Source: Paraspadella gotoi (taxonomy: Eukaryota > Animalia > Chaetognatha). Taken from it: DNA of 41,315 bases. Positions 1-10,905 of the stretch are shown here, one piece after another. Position 1 is the first letter of the stretch; every line of letters begins with the position of its first letter. The stretch lies in contig JBJCIZ010000639.1 of NCBI GenBank assembly GCA_051294375.1, positions 1 to 41,315 of the forward strand. The letters run 5' to 3'. Under the pieces are notes generated by a model. The model saw only the letters and a list, made by a program, of their open reading frames with translations, did not search any database and was not told the DNA's origin. A program made the position numbers and the translations under genes.

Positions 1-245
1 TGAACCCGTGTAGGTCTGCGCCCATAGGATTGCGCCCATATGATTGCACCCATAGGTTTGGGCCCACATATAATTGGGCCCACGAAGGATTGGGCCCACG
101 TAGGATTGGGCCCACGTAGGATTGGGCCCACATACAATTAGGCCCACATATGATTGGTCCCACGTAGGATTGGGCCCACGTAGGAGTAGGCCCTGGAGGG
201 TTACGCCCACATAAGATCCCGCCCTCATAAAATATGCTCACATGG
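1..245. repeat. Tandem array of ~16-bp units (GGATTGGGCCCACGTA), truncated by the window edge
   Basis: About 14 degenerate copies; a related inverted copy lies at 41262-41315. Resembles subterminal arrays of Mutator/Foldback-type elements (inference). Confidence 0.85.
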
Positions 246-868
246 GATTCACGACCACAAGAAAGCACCAATGTAAGACTGTATTTGGTTCCGCTTACAA
301 ACGTCGCATTTAGCAAAAAACAAGTTTTTCCAATATAGTTCAGTTGTTACTTACAATATTAATTTAATTTGTACCACAATACAAATCGGGCGGAATCGAG
401 GGATTGGTTAAAATCATTTTGAGCTATTTCTAATGATAAAAAAGTACAATTTTTGCAACATTTAGGAGAAAAAATCATGTCCATTTTTGTCCATTTTCAC
501 TTTCGTTTTCTGATTTGAATGCCAAGGAAAGTTAAAAATTATTTTTTACTTTGGAAATCCGTTCTTTCTTATCTTTTTTACCTCTGGGTTAATTCATTTC
601 CTTAAATCATGTATAATTTGCCTATGAATTAATTTTAAAGTTGACAAGTCAAAAAGTTTCATTTTAAGTTTTTATCAAAATTAGTTAAACGAAAATTGTT
701 CAATTTTGTTTAAATTAACAGAATATATAGCCTATTGAATAAGCTTTTAATACCTACAAAATTATCTAAAAAATCTGTTTGGTTTAGCCACAAATAATTT
801 TTAAAGACGTTTACGTGGGCTGAAGATGACTGTCCGTAACTTCTATAACCCCCTCTAGCAGCCATGGA

Positions 869-948
869 ACGGGTCCCTGGGCTTGGAACCAGGCTTGAGG
901 GTTTTCCATGCCCCCAAGGCGGCTTACGGCCGTCCTCACGCTTCCCGC
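869..948 (-). ncRNA. Twister self-cleaving ribozyme, P5-type permutation, palindromic P1
   Basis: Minus strand: GCGGG(P5) AA GCGU(P2') GA GGA CGGCCG U^AA GCC(P2) GCC UUGGGGG..CCCUCAA(P3) G CCUGG UUCCAAGC CCAGG(P4) GA CCCGU(P5). Pseudoknots T1 (UCC/GGA) and T2 (GC/GC) are both satisfied. Predicted cleavage between 926 and 925. Confidence 0.88.
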
Positions 949-966
949 AGGGTAGGTACCGGGTTA

Positions 967-1027
967 GGATTGAACCCGGTACCTAGTGGTCATGAGCTGA
1001 TGGCTTTACTCAATGATCCACCGGGTC
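967..1027 (-). promoter_or_regulatory. tRNA-derived head (internal Pol III promoter) upstream of the twister
   Basis: A-box-like TGGATCATTGAG, anticodon-loop-like CTCATGA, B box GGTTCAATCC (967-976). The T-arm region is extended into a perfect 13-bp hairpin (953-965/973-985). Confidence 0.65.
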
Positions 1028-1309
1028 ACAACTGAAAGTGTCATGATTCTAGGCGGGGTGAACCTAGGCAATGCCCGACTACATTTATTAATTTGTGACT
1101 TTTTGTGACTTTCATTTATTTTTAATAAAAATAATATTTTTAACTCTTTTATTAGTTTTAAAAGATAATATACATACTGACATTGATTAATAAAAAAATC
1201 TAGATTGAATCTATATGAAGTTTTATAAAAGTGTGCGATCATAGTAAGTTAAAAATTTAGATATGGCTTCTCATCTTGAAATAGCTTTGAAATTTTTATA
1301 TTACATTTG

Positions 1310-1485
1310 GATTCAAGTGTTTTTTGTTTGAATTTCCATTTCATTATTATTTACTGCAATATGCAAATGAAATTATAGTACTCAGTATAATATCCAAATT
1401 ATTATATAGAAATGCTTTAATCTAATTTACATATTGCAGTAAATAATATTGAAGATGAAATTCATAAACAAATCTTTGAATCAAT
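1310..1485. repeat. Imperfect inverted repeat (MITE-like)
   Basis: TATTATTTACTGCAATATG pairs with CATATTGCAGTAAATAATA, and the flanks continue imperfectly. Confidence 0.55.
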
Positions 1486-2062
1486 AAAAAACAACAAATT
1501 CTAATACAAATAAAAATAAAATCTTTTACAAGCTATGATTAGAAAAAACTGTAACAATTTCCAATTGTAAACAATTGTAACATTTTTTTCCTTTCTTTTA
1601 TTTCTTTAAATTATATATATATTTTTCTTCTTATTTTCATAACATTTATTAATGATAATATTTTTGTTTTTATTGAATTTCAATACATAGTTTAGTTTTC
1701 CAGTCTTTTACACTGTTACTGTTTAAAAAAAAATTTCTTATTTTTGACTGTTTCTGCCTCTTCCGTACCCTTTAAAAACGAGTTCAGGCTCTGCAGTTAT
1801 TGTACAGCAGCCTTTCAGCGGCTGTCTTTCTCTCTCTGTCTCTGTCTGTCTCTTTCTTTCTCTTTCTGTCTCTCTCTGTCTCTCTCTCTCTCTCTCTGTC
1901 TCTCTCCCTCTCTGTACGATCTCTTGCGTGATCATTTTTTGAAAAATTTTGATTATTATTTTTCTTTTAAAAACTTTTATTATCGCCATTTATTCTGCGC
2001 TTTTTTCTTAATGTAAAATCCCAAATTTACATCCTAGATTTTTGTGGATTTATTCTCTTTTT

Positions 2063-2109
<47 letters not shown>

Positions 2110-2149
2110 ACTCATACAAGCATTTGTTTGTTTTATTTATGATGAATGA

Positions 2150-2400
2150 TTCATTGCGTCAATGAATGACTATCATCGCATCAATGAATGACTATCATCG
2201 TATCAATTAATGATTATCATCACATCAATGAATGACTATCATCGCATCAATCATTTGGATATTATCACATCAATCATTTAGTTATCATCACATCGATCAT
2301 TTGGTTATCATCGCATCAATTATTGGTTATCATCGCATCAATATTTGGTTATCATCCCATCAATCCTTTGGTTATCATCGCATCAATTTTTGGTTATCAT
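2150..2400. repeat. ~22-bp minisatellite (TATCATCGCATCAA core)
   Basis: About 11 tandem copies, ending at the hAT insertion site. Confidence 0.85.
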
Positions 2401-3665
2401 TAGGGTTACGATAACCGTTAACAGTTATTAACGGTTAAAAATAATTTTAACCTAACCGTTAATATATTTATTTTAACGGTTAAATTCAGTTAATTTTTAA
2501 ATATGATTTTTTTATTTTTTGGTATAAAATCTTTGATTTTTTAAAAGAAAAGTAATTTTTTCTTGTCCTCTCTTATTCTCCTCTCCTTTTTTCATCATAT
2601 TTTTTCACCTCTCTCTCTCTTTTCCATTTTTTTAAATTTTTTTCCTTTGTTATTTTCAACCCTTTTAATCTTTTTTTTATACTAATCTCCTTCTGTACCT
2701 TTCTTTTTCTTTCTCTTTTTCCCCTCCTTATTTTCCCCTTTTCTTTTCACTCCTTTTCATTTTTTTTCTTCCCTTCCAGTATTTTTTTCTTTTTCTTACT
2801 TATTTTCTCCCAATTTTTTTTCGTTTTTCCTTTCAGTTAATTTTATGCATTTACATCAAAGAATATAATGAAATATAATAGACATGCACATGCAAATAGT
2901 TGCATACATTTTCTTGCAAATTAAATTTTTATATAAAATAATATATCCTATTTTGCTATTTTTTTTATTTTACTCTTTAAACAAACAAAGAAGCAAAAAA
3001 AAAATAAAACCAAAATGAATGAAAAAATTTTAAAAAGAACTAAATAAAAATAAATGTAATAAAAAAAATTAATAATAGAAGGAACTAATCTTAAAATAGA
3101 CATTAAGGCTAACTAAACCTATCCTTCAATCATGATATATTTTTTAATAAAACTGAAAAAAATATTTAATAATCAATAAATCTTTGGATCAATCGATCAA
3201 TCAAACAATCAAAAAATTAATGTTCATAATTTATATAATATGGTTATGGCTTATGAAAAAATAAAAACAGAAAAAAAGCGTTCAAGAAACTAACAATTAG
3301 AAAAATAATGAAGAGATATAACGAAAGAAAAAGAGAAAGAGAGAAAAAAAACAAAACATAGAATTAGAATTACATTGTGGTTTTTCTTTCTTTGTCCTTT
3401 TATATATTTTTATTATGCTATGAGGCAAAAGAAAAAGTTTTGTAAGATTTATCACGATGCATTATCTGATTAGCTAAATTATCATAGGTAGATTCAAAAT
3501 AGTTTGCTCAAACCAATTTTTCATTTACTAACTAACTAAAATGTGTACCTATCTATCTGAAATAGAATATAAAAAAGATTCAGGAGTAAGGGTTAAATTT
3601 GAAATATCATTAAAAGATTTGTTTTGATTTAAATAATCATAATTTAGATTTAAAGTTAAATTATA

Positions 3666-3914
3666 TATTGTGTATAGACTTTCGATTTTGTTGTGTTTCG
3701 AATTTAGAGAGGAAAACAATTTATTTGTTTTGTTTCAACGAATTTTTAGGATATTTTTTCAGACATGTTTCAACTTTACAATTAGAGTCTTCATCAGCAT
3801 TGCAGCATCATTGCAGCATTGCTGATGAAGACTCTAATTGTAGAGTCGAAACATGTCCAAAAAAATGTCCTAAAAATTCGTTGAAACAAAACAAATAAAT
3901 TGTTTTCTTCTCTA
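3666..3914 (-). mobile_element. Penelope-like element remnant: inverted pseudo-LTRs with tail
   Basis: Inverted arms ~3703-3799/3820-3916, each with a hammerhead motif; ~37-nt asymmetric extension on the left; 14-bp flanking direct repeat AAAGTTAAATTATA (3652-3665, 3915-3928). Confidence 0.8.
3819..3860 (+). ncRNA. Minimal type I hammerhead ribozyme (Penelope-type)
   Basis: UUG CUGAUGA A GACUCU aauugu AGAGUC GAAA CAUG U C^CAA: intact core, 6-bp stem II, palindromic ACAUGU in place of stem III, 3-bp stem I. A more degenerate mirror copy is on - at ~3760-3799. Confidence 0.85.
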
Positions 3915-5254
3915 AAAGTTAAATTATAAAATTAACCGATTTTAACGGTTAACCGTTAAAAATATTAGTTTTAACAGTTAAGCGAAATTTCTCAAAAATT
4001 AACGGTTATCGGAACCCTAGTTATCATTGAAGGTAGGCTCGATCCGATTCTTTTAAGATTTTTATTTTCCATTCCTGCAAGGGTCGCGCGTTCAAGACGT
4101 CGGCCGTCGGATGAACTGGCTTTAACAAGGAGCAAGGTTTTCTAAATCTCAAAGATATATAAATGTCGAATAAATCACGAATAGGTTTATTCTTGTAGAA
4201 GTAAACAAATGGCGAAATATGTGTCGTACAATCAATTCGTGACGAAAATCCTTTTTTTCCATGATAAAGCCTGTTCATCCGACGGCCGATCTTTTCCTGT
4301 GAAACGATTATTATCGAATCAAGTTAGCGTCTGCCCGTTAAAAAAAGTTTCTGTGCCTCAAGGTGTCGCGCGTTCAAGACGTCGCCCATTGAAAGAGTAC
4401 GATGAGGGTTTTTGATATTATTGATACTAATAAAATAATAATTATATATAATATAATTATGTATAATATAATTAACAATTCAGAAAAAAATATCAGAGAG
4501 ATAGAATATAATAACTATTTATTTTTATTTTTCAAAATATTTTCAATTAAAAGTGTAGAGGGATACAAAGATAAGTGGAGGGAGAAAGAGTGTGTGAAAA
4601 AAAAGAGTAACAGGTAGAGAGAGAGCGATCGTATTTGAAAGTATAAAAAAAGAATAAGTAGGTTGAGAACAAGTGAGAAGGAAAGAAAAGAAGAGATGGA
4701 AAAGGAGAGAGAGAATCGAAGAGAGAAGAAGAAAAGAGATAAAAAGGGGAAAAAAATAGAAGGGGAAAAAAGGCAAAATAAAGGAAGAGAGAGGATGAGA
4801 GAAGGAAGAAAGAGTGACAGAGAGGGAGAAAGAGAAGGAAAAAGAAAAAGGGAGAGGGAGAAAGAAAAAGATTAAGTGTCATCTTTATCCTGAAGAGTTC
4901 TGTGAATCTGATTGACGCGTAAATTCCTACGAGCAATTTTATCTTTAAAAGTTGTGCTTACCCTGAAAAATCACATGTACATTTTTCTTAAATTAAGCAA
5001 ATAAAGAGATTTGATTGAAGAAATCATGTCTGACCGTATTTTGAAGGCAAAGAAATTCACCTTGTCTGCTCGATGTTATAAGGAAAAGATTACTATAGCC
5101 AACCGTTTTTTTAACTGAAGAATGTTCTATATTTATCATTGGTAGACTGGCAAGCTTCCTATGGGACGGGTTGGAATATCTTTACAAAACCTTGGGAATA
5201 TTACCTTGGTACCAAAATAAGAGATTTGAGATAGAACGATTTTTTGTTTACAAA

Positions 5255-8200
5255 GCCAAAAGGTTCGTAATAAAAATCGGGTTACTCCAATATGCAAATG
5301 AGATTAACGTTTCACAGTAATATTTTGATTTAATAAAAACTTATTAATCTTATATAAAAATTTAAATAAATATAATAAAATCAAATTAAAAAGCTAGTAT
5401 ATATAGTTTGAACAGCAGATAGGATAAAAAAATATTATTAAGGACTAAAAAAACATGAAAATACTATTGCAATAAAGGTTTCTTGTAACTTAATCTTGAA
5501 AGATAGAAAGACAGTGAAGCAATGACAAAAAGCTATTGAGACAGAGAGAGATACAGTTTAATCAGTTTTTTGTTTTTCTCACAACCAATTTGGTACTGTT
5601 TACTTGAATCATATCAAAATACTTTAATAGCAAGGATTCTTCAGATGCTTTCCTTTCCAGGGCTCTCTTCAATTAACTTCAGAGTAAGAGTAATAGTAAA
5701 AAGAATTCATGATTGTTTTTGTGATTCTCTCCGTCTTTGTCATAGTTATTATCTTTGTTTGTTTGCTTTAAAAAAGACAACAAAGTTGAAAACAAAAAGA
5801 ACATGCGGCCTTTGGCTTACCTGCAAAAATGATAAAAATGTTTATTTCTTCTAGAACAAAAAAAATACTTTTATGTAAGGTGATGGCAAACAAGAAGATG
5901 AGGAAACTTTATTCGTTTTGTTAGTGATAAATTTTGCTTTCATACATCACAAGGAAAAGAGTGAGCATTATCATTACATTTGAGATAATAAGTTATGACA
6001 GTAAAAAATTAATATGATTTAAGAATTTTAATTTTGGAGCTACTTGGAGGTTAATAAAAAATCAAGGGTAAATCATTCATTTGTCATGGGTGAGGTTCAG
6101 TTTTATCAAATTCCAACTTTTATTGCTTTACACTATTATAAAGTCTATATCTAAAAATTATACTTTTGGCTCAATCTGCATTTTTCTCTCTCCCTCTCTC
6201 TCTCTTAGTCTCTCTTTATATTTCTTATTTGTTTCCAGAAAAAACTTTTATTCTTGTTAAAACTTTTACCAATGATAATAACTTATAAAATAAGTCAAAA
6301 TATTTGGCAAAAATTATACTTTTTGTACTTGCCAATATAATTATGTCAAAATGATATTATGGGAATAAATAAACGAGTTTGTGAAAGAGTCTTGATTGAA
6401 TGCTTGCAAGGAACTGCTCTGTTATTATCTTGTACACTACGGCGGGAAAAAAATCACTTTTCACATCGAAAAAAACCGTATTGGATGGCTGAATTTTACA
6501 AAGATATAGATACATAAAATAAAGCTTATTGGACGATAAAGCGATTAGTACTAGTCCCAATAAAATCGAGCAAAGTGTTCGAAAGTTATAGGACGACAAA
6601 GTTGATTGGTACAAAAATCGAAAAAGAAGAAATTAGTTTTCGTCAAAATGAGTCAATAACTTTTCCCTATTAAAAGTGTTTATAATATTGAAATTGGTAC
6701 AGTACCGGAAACCAAGAATGTCGTAAGTCTGTACATGGGAAAACTTTTCCATTTATAGGATAAATAGCTTTAGGATTTTATAGGAAGTTGCCTGGATGGC
6801 TGGCTATTGCCCATTTAAGCAATTTTTCAAAAAAATAATCTTAAACCACTTAAAAATTGGGTCAAAATTTTTTTTAAAAACTTGCATAGCTCTAATATAT
6901 TTTAAATTTTTTTCTTAAAATTTTGCCAACTTATACTCAAGAGGGTTTGTAAACTTCTGTAGAAATATTGTTACTATCAAAAATTTTTTCCCCATATTTA
7001 TCAGTGCTATATATTTTAGATGGGTCATTTTTTCAATGATGCATAACTTCCTTATTTGTGAATATTATGGTTTTAAATTTTAGTAATAGGTGGGCCTTGG
7101 GTAGTCCTACAATACATATAAATTTCAATCATTTTGAAAAACTTTTTGACACAGGTCAATTTTTTTTTACAAAATTCAATTGTCAATCCTGCTAAAAATA
7201 TTATTGCAAATAATGTTATTCTTTGCCTATAAATCAGTTAAAACATATTTAAAATAAGCCTAAAGCAAAAAATTTTTCTCAACATTTTTAAAAACTCATT
7301 TGCATATTGTTGCATTTTATATTTTTTTTAATTTTTTCACATAAAACTAATCAATTTTTTAAAATTTTTGGTACACAGATAATATAATAATCAAACCTTT
7401 AAAAATATATCATCAAACCTAATTTTTAAGAAATTTCAAATATTTTTAATGTATTTTATATATATCTAAAAATTATGATTTTAATAAGCATTCTGCTAAC
7501 TTTTTCAAAGTGGGCATCATTGAAAAGAGGGCAACTCAAGGATTCCAAATATATAATTTTTTTACCAAATTTAATGTCCCAAAGCTGAGATAATTCTTTC
7601 CAAAGTGCTCAAAAATTGAAAAAAATACTACTTTTTAATCGTTAATAGAAAATGCGACTATGATAGTTTTGTTTCAATACTTGGTAACTAGGTCAAGAAT
7701 TGTTCATATTTTGTGGTAATGTCATGTCCAGGGAAGAAAATAAATATTATAGTAGATTCCTCAATCGATTTTTAAATTTGGCAGAACATTTTACTCTTTT
7801 TTACCAAGTTTTTAGAGTATGCTAAATGTTTCTCTGATTACGCAAAATAGAATTTGAGAAATAAAAAATTAATAGTACCAATAGTTGGTGTTATGTCTCA
7901 AATAGATGGAAAAAAAACCTTGTTTAAAAATTTGATCTGGAATAGGGGTAATTAGGCGTACCAATGGCATCGTCCATGCCAATCGTTCTTTCAAATAATT
8001 TTTTTTATTTAATACATTTGAAAGGCGAAAAAAGGAAATTCAAAATGCTGGTGGCATGAAAGTTATAAAAAATCCGGGCATAGTGACTTGAAAATCATGA
8101 CCTTTTATGTCTTGCGTAATGAGGGCATTAAATAAACTAAAAAAATGTAATCATTAAGTCAGTCAATCAACCCTTTCAAATAGGTTGTTCTGCGAAATTT

Positions 8201-8867
8201 TTTAGTGAAGAAAATAAATTTTTGAGTGAAGAGAACAAATTTCGCAGAACAGTCTATTTGAAAGGGTTGATTGACTGACTTAATGATTGAATTTTTGGTC
8301 TATTTACTGCCCCCATTACACAAGACATAAAAGGTCATGATTATCAAGTCACTATGGCCAGATTTTCTATAACTTTCATACCACCAGCATTTCGAATTTC
8401 CTTTTTTTTCCCCAAGACTCTCTCACAGTCTTGTTTATTCACTCCCAGAGTACCTGGCTTCCCTATCAATATGAAATGGTATAATGTTTCAAAGAATGTT
8501 TCAATTGTATTAAAATAATGTAATTTTCTTGCACCAATTGATTGCTTATTGAAAAAGATATATATTTTTAAATATTTTTTAAAATTAAAAAAGAAATAGT
8601 TGTTTTACCAATTTGATAATAAAAATATGAAAAAAAAAAAAATTGTAAAACTTCAATAGCCATGTTAATATTATTAGATTAATTAGCTTTTTTAAATATT
8701 TTTTAATATACAGAACTATCAAAACAAATTAAAGCATATTTATTAATTGTTTTTTTAAAAAAAAAATTATTATTAAAATGTTTATGCTTTTTTTTTGCCT
8801 TATATTCAACGCATTAATCTCATTTGCATATTCGAGTCACTCGATTTTCATTACTAACCTTTTGAGC
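5255..8867. mobile_element. Putative non-autonomous TIR element bounded by ~55-bp inverted repeats
   Basis: CAAAAGGTTCGTAATAAAAATCGGGTTACTCCAATATGCAAATGAGATTAA (from 5257) matches the reverse complement of ~8814-8867. No clear TSD. Confidence 0.5.
8028..8407. repeat. Fold-back palindrome with ~170-bp arms (MITE-like)
   Basis: 8028-8200 is a close reverse complement of 8237-8407, with a 36-bp spacer. Confidence 0.85.
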
Positions 8868-9234
8868 ATACTTGACCTACCGGCTGTATATCTAATTTCC
8901 ATTAAATATGGTTCTGATTATATTTGGAAAGTTTTTTGAAAATCTGAATCTAGATTCAGGCACTATCATTGGGATGAAAATAAATGATAATTATTCGAAT
9001 TTCAAAATCATTGTCGAAAATACCCGAGGCGGGAGTACTGCCATTTACGAGATACACTTATATCCATCAAGAATTTCTGAGACGGCAAGCTCTACAGAGG
9101 TGGGACCATATATCGAGATAAAACTTAACGTCCAGCCCTGTCTGAATGATTTGAGATACATTAATAGAATAGGATTGATCATGCGCGATCTGGGCCATAT
9201 TAAAAACGCTTTTCAACTTGGCTTTACCATATTT

Positions 9235-9325
9235 GAACGGAACGGAACGGATTGGAACGGAATGGAGCGGAATGGAATGGAATGGAACGGAATGGAACGG
9301 AATGGAATGGAATGGAATGGAACGG
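9235..9325. repeat. (GGAAT/GGAAC)n pentanucleotide repeat
   Basis: About 18 tandem pentamers. Confidence 0.9.
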
Positions 9326-9900
9326 TTCCCTGTCTGTTCTTGGTGGATTTTCCACAAACCATAGGGCGATAATGAATTTTTAACATTTGCAACGGGCAAT
9401 CAAACAAGTTTGAGCAAACCAGGGATGTGGAGTAAGGCGTAGTAAAATTCCTAAGTTTAACTTTAATTAAAATTTTAAAAGTGAGGAACGAACAACATTA
9501 TACTTATGAACATTTATGTATAAAATAATTTATAATAAATTTTACAATTTACGCAGTAGGCCATATTTATACTAGTACAAAACCAATAAATGTTAAAATT
9601 TCAAAACAGTTTTTTCTAAGATTTTTTTGCAGATTTGGATTCGTCATAAAAAGTTGATATAAAGAAATATAACTCTTTTTGAAAAATTCCTTCATTAAGT
9701 GGGTCAAAAATTAGAAATAGGGGGAGACTAAGTAAGGTGGTTAAGAAATTTGAATTAAGCACCTGCTCAAACAAAAAAAATTATTTATGAATAGGAAAGG
9801 CTAAAAATTTTTTTTTGATTTTTTGATTTTTAAGATCAGATTCAGGTAGCTTGCAAAAAGTTGTCTACACAAAGTAGAATTCTTTTTTCGATATTTTGAT

Positions 9901-10905
9901 AATTGTGATATAAATTATTTTTTTTCGTTGTTTGGGACGATTAGAGACAGTTTGAGTTTAATTTGACAAGCGATGTTTATTTTTATGCCAAACAGACATG
10001 TTTCGGCTTCATTTCAAGCTTCATCAGCGTTATTGTGAATTTGGAAAATATTTTGTGTAAAGGAAGAGAGAAAGAGAGAGGGCAAAGTTCCAACACAGAG
10101 TTTAGAAAGGACAGTGGTCAATTGGTGAGGAACGGCTGAAGTTGAGAAAACACAGAGTAAGTTGTGAAAGAAGTGAAATGGTGAAAAAGTGAGAGAGAAG
10201 AGAGAGAGAGAGAGAGAAAACAGTGCAAAATCTTTACATTGTGTAATGTATAACAATAATAAAAAGTTTTTAAACTGATGAATATTAGTGAAATTTAACA
10301 ATTAATCTTCTTAATAATTAATCAGAATGAAAACAGGAAATATAAAATGGTAGATTTGAGAGATGAGTTAATAAGTAATAAAGTGAAATTAAAGAATAAA
10401 GATAAAGCTCAAAATGAGCTGGCCCCCCTTGGCATGGGCAAATGATAGGCATGATTATTAACTCATTTCTCAAATCTATCATTTCAAATTTCAAATTTCC
10501 TGTTTCATTCTCACTAATTATTAAGTAGATTAATTGTTAAATTTCACTATATATTCATCAGTTTAAAACTTTTTATTATTGTTATACATTACACAATGTA
10601 AAGATTTTGCACTGTTTTCTCTCTCTCTCTCTCTCCCTCTCACTTTTTCACCATTTCACTTCTTTTCACAACTTACTCTGTCTTTTCTCACTTCAGCCTG
10701 TCCTCACCAATTGACCACTGTCCTTTCTAACCCTTGGGTTGGAAACTTTGCCCTCTCTTCTCTCTGTTTTTCTCTCTTTCTCTCTTCCTTTACACAAAAT
10801 ATTTTTCAAATTCACAATAACGCTATGAAGGCTTGAAATGAAGCCGAAACATGTCTGTTTTGCATAAAAATAAAATCGTTGTCGAAATTAACTCAAACTG
10901 TCTCT
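9901..10905 (-). mobile_element. Penelope-like element remnant: ~460-bp inverted pseudo-LTRs with hammerheads and tail
   Basis: 9943-~10380 is inverted against ~10455-10905; 42-nt left-only extension; 11-bp flanking direct repeat GATATTTTGAT (9890-9900, 10906-10916). Confidence 0.85.
9991..10031 (-). ncRNA. Minimal type I hammerhead ribozyme (slightly degenerate)
   Basis: AACG CUGAUGA AGCUU gaaaug AAGCC GAAA CAUG UC UGUU; one G is missing from stem II relative to the mirror copy at 10819-10859 (+), which instead lacks core G5 (CUAUGA). Confidence 0.75.

Larger units (their letters stand above)
814..1083 (-). mobile_element. Probable solo LTR of a tRNA + twister miniature retroelement (family 2)
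   Basis: Minus strand begins TGTAGTCGGG and ends either ...CATCTTCA (821) or ...CCCACG (814, with TTTA flanking at 810-813 and 1084-1087 as candidate 4-bp TSD). GC-rich island holding a tRNA-like head and a twister motif; no T4 run on the element strand. Confidence 0.6.
2401..4019. mobile_element. Non-autonomous hAT-type DNA transposon
   Basis: TIRs TAGGGTT(A/C)CGATAACCGTTAA at both ends; perfect 8-bp TSD GTTATCAT (2393-2400, 4020-4027); subterminal AACCGTT motifs. Confidence 0.9.

Noticed and set aside
8908-9372. 154-aa ORF
   Set aside because: The C-terminal third is a GGAAT repeat and no family motif is recognisable in the rest; a hidden exon cannot be excluded.
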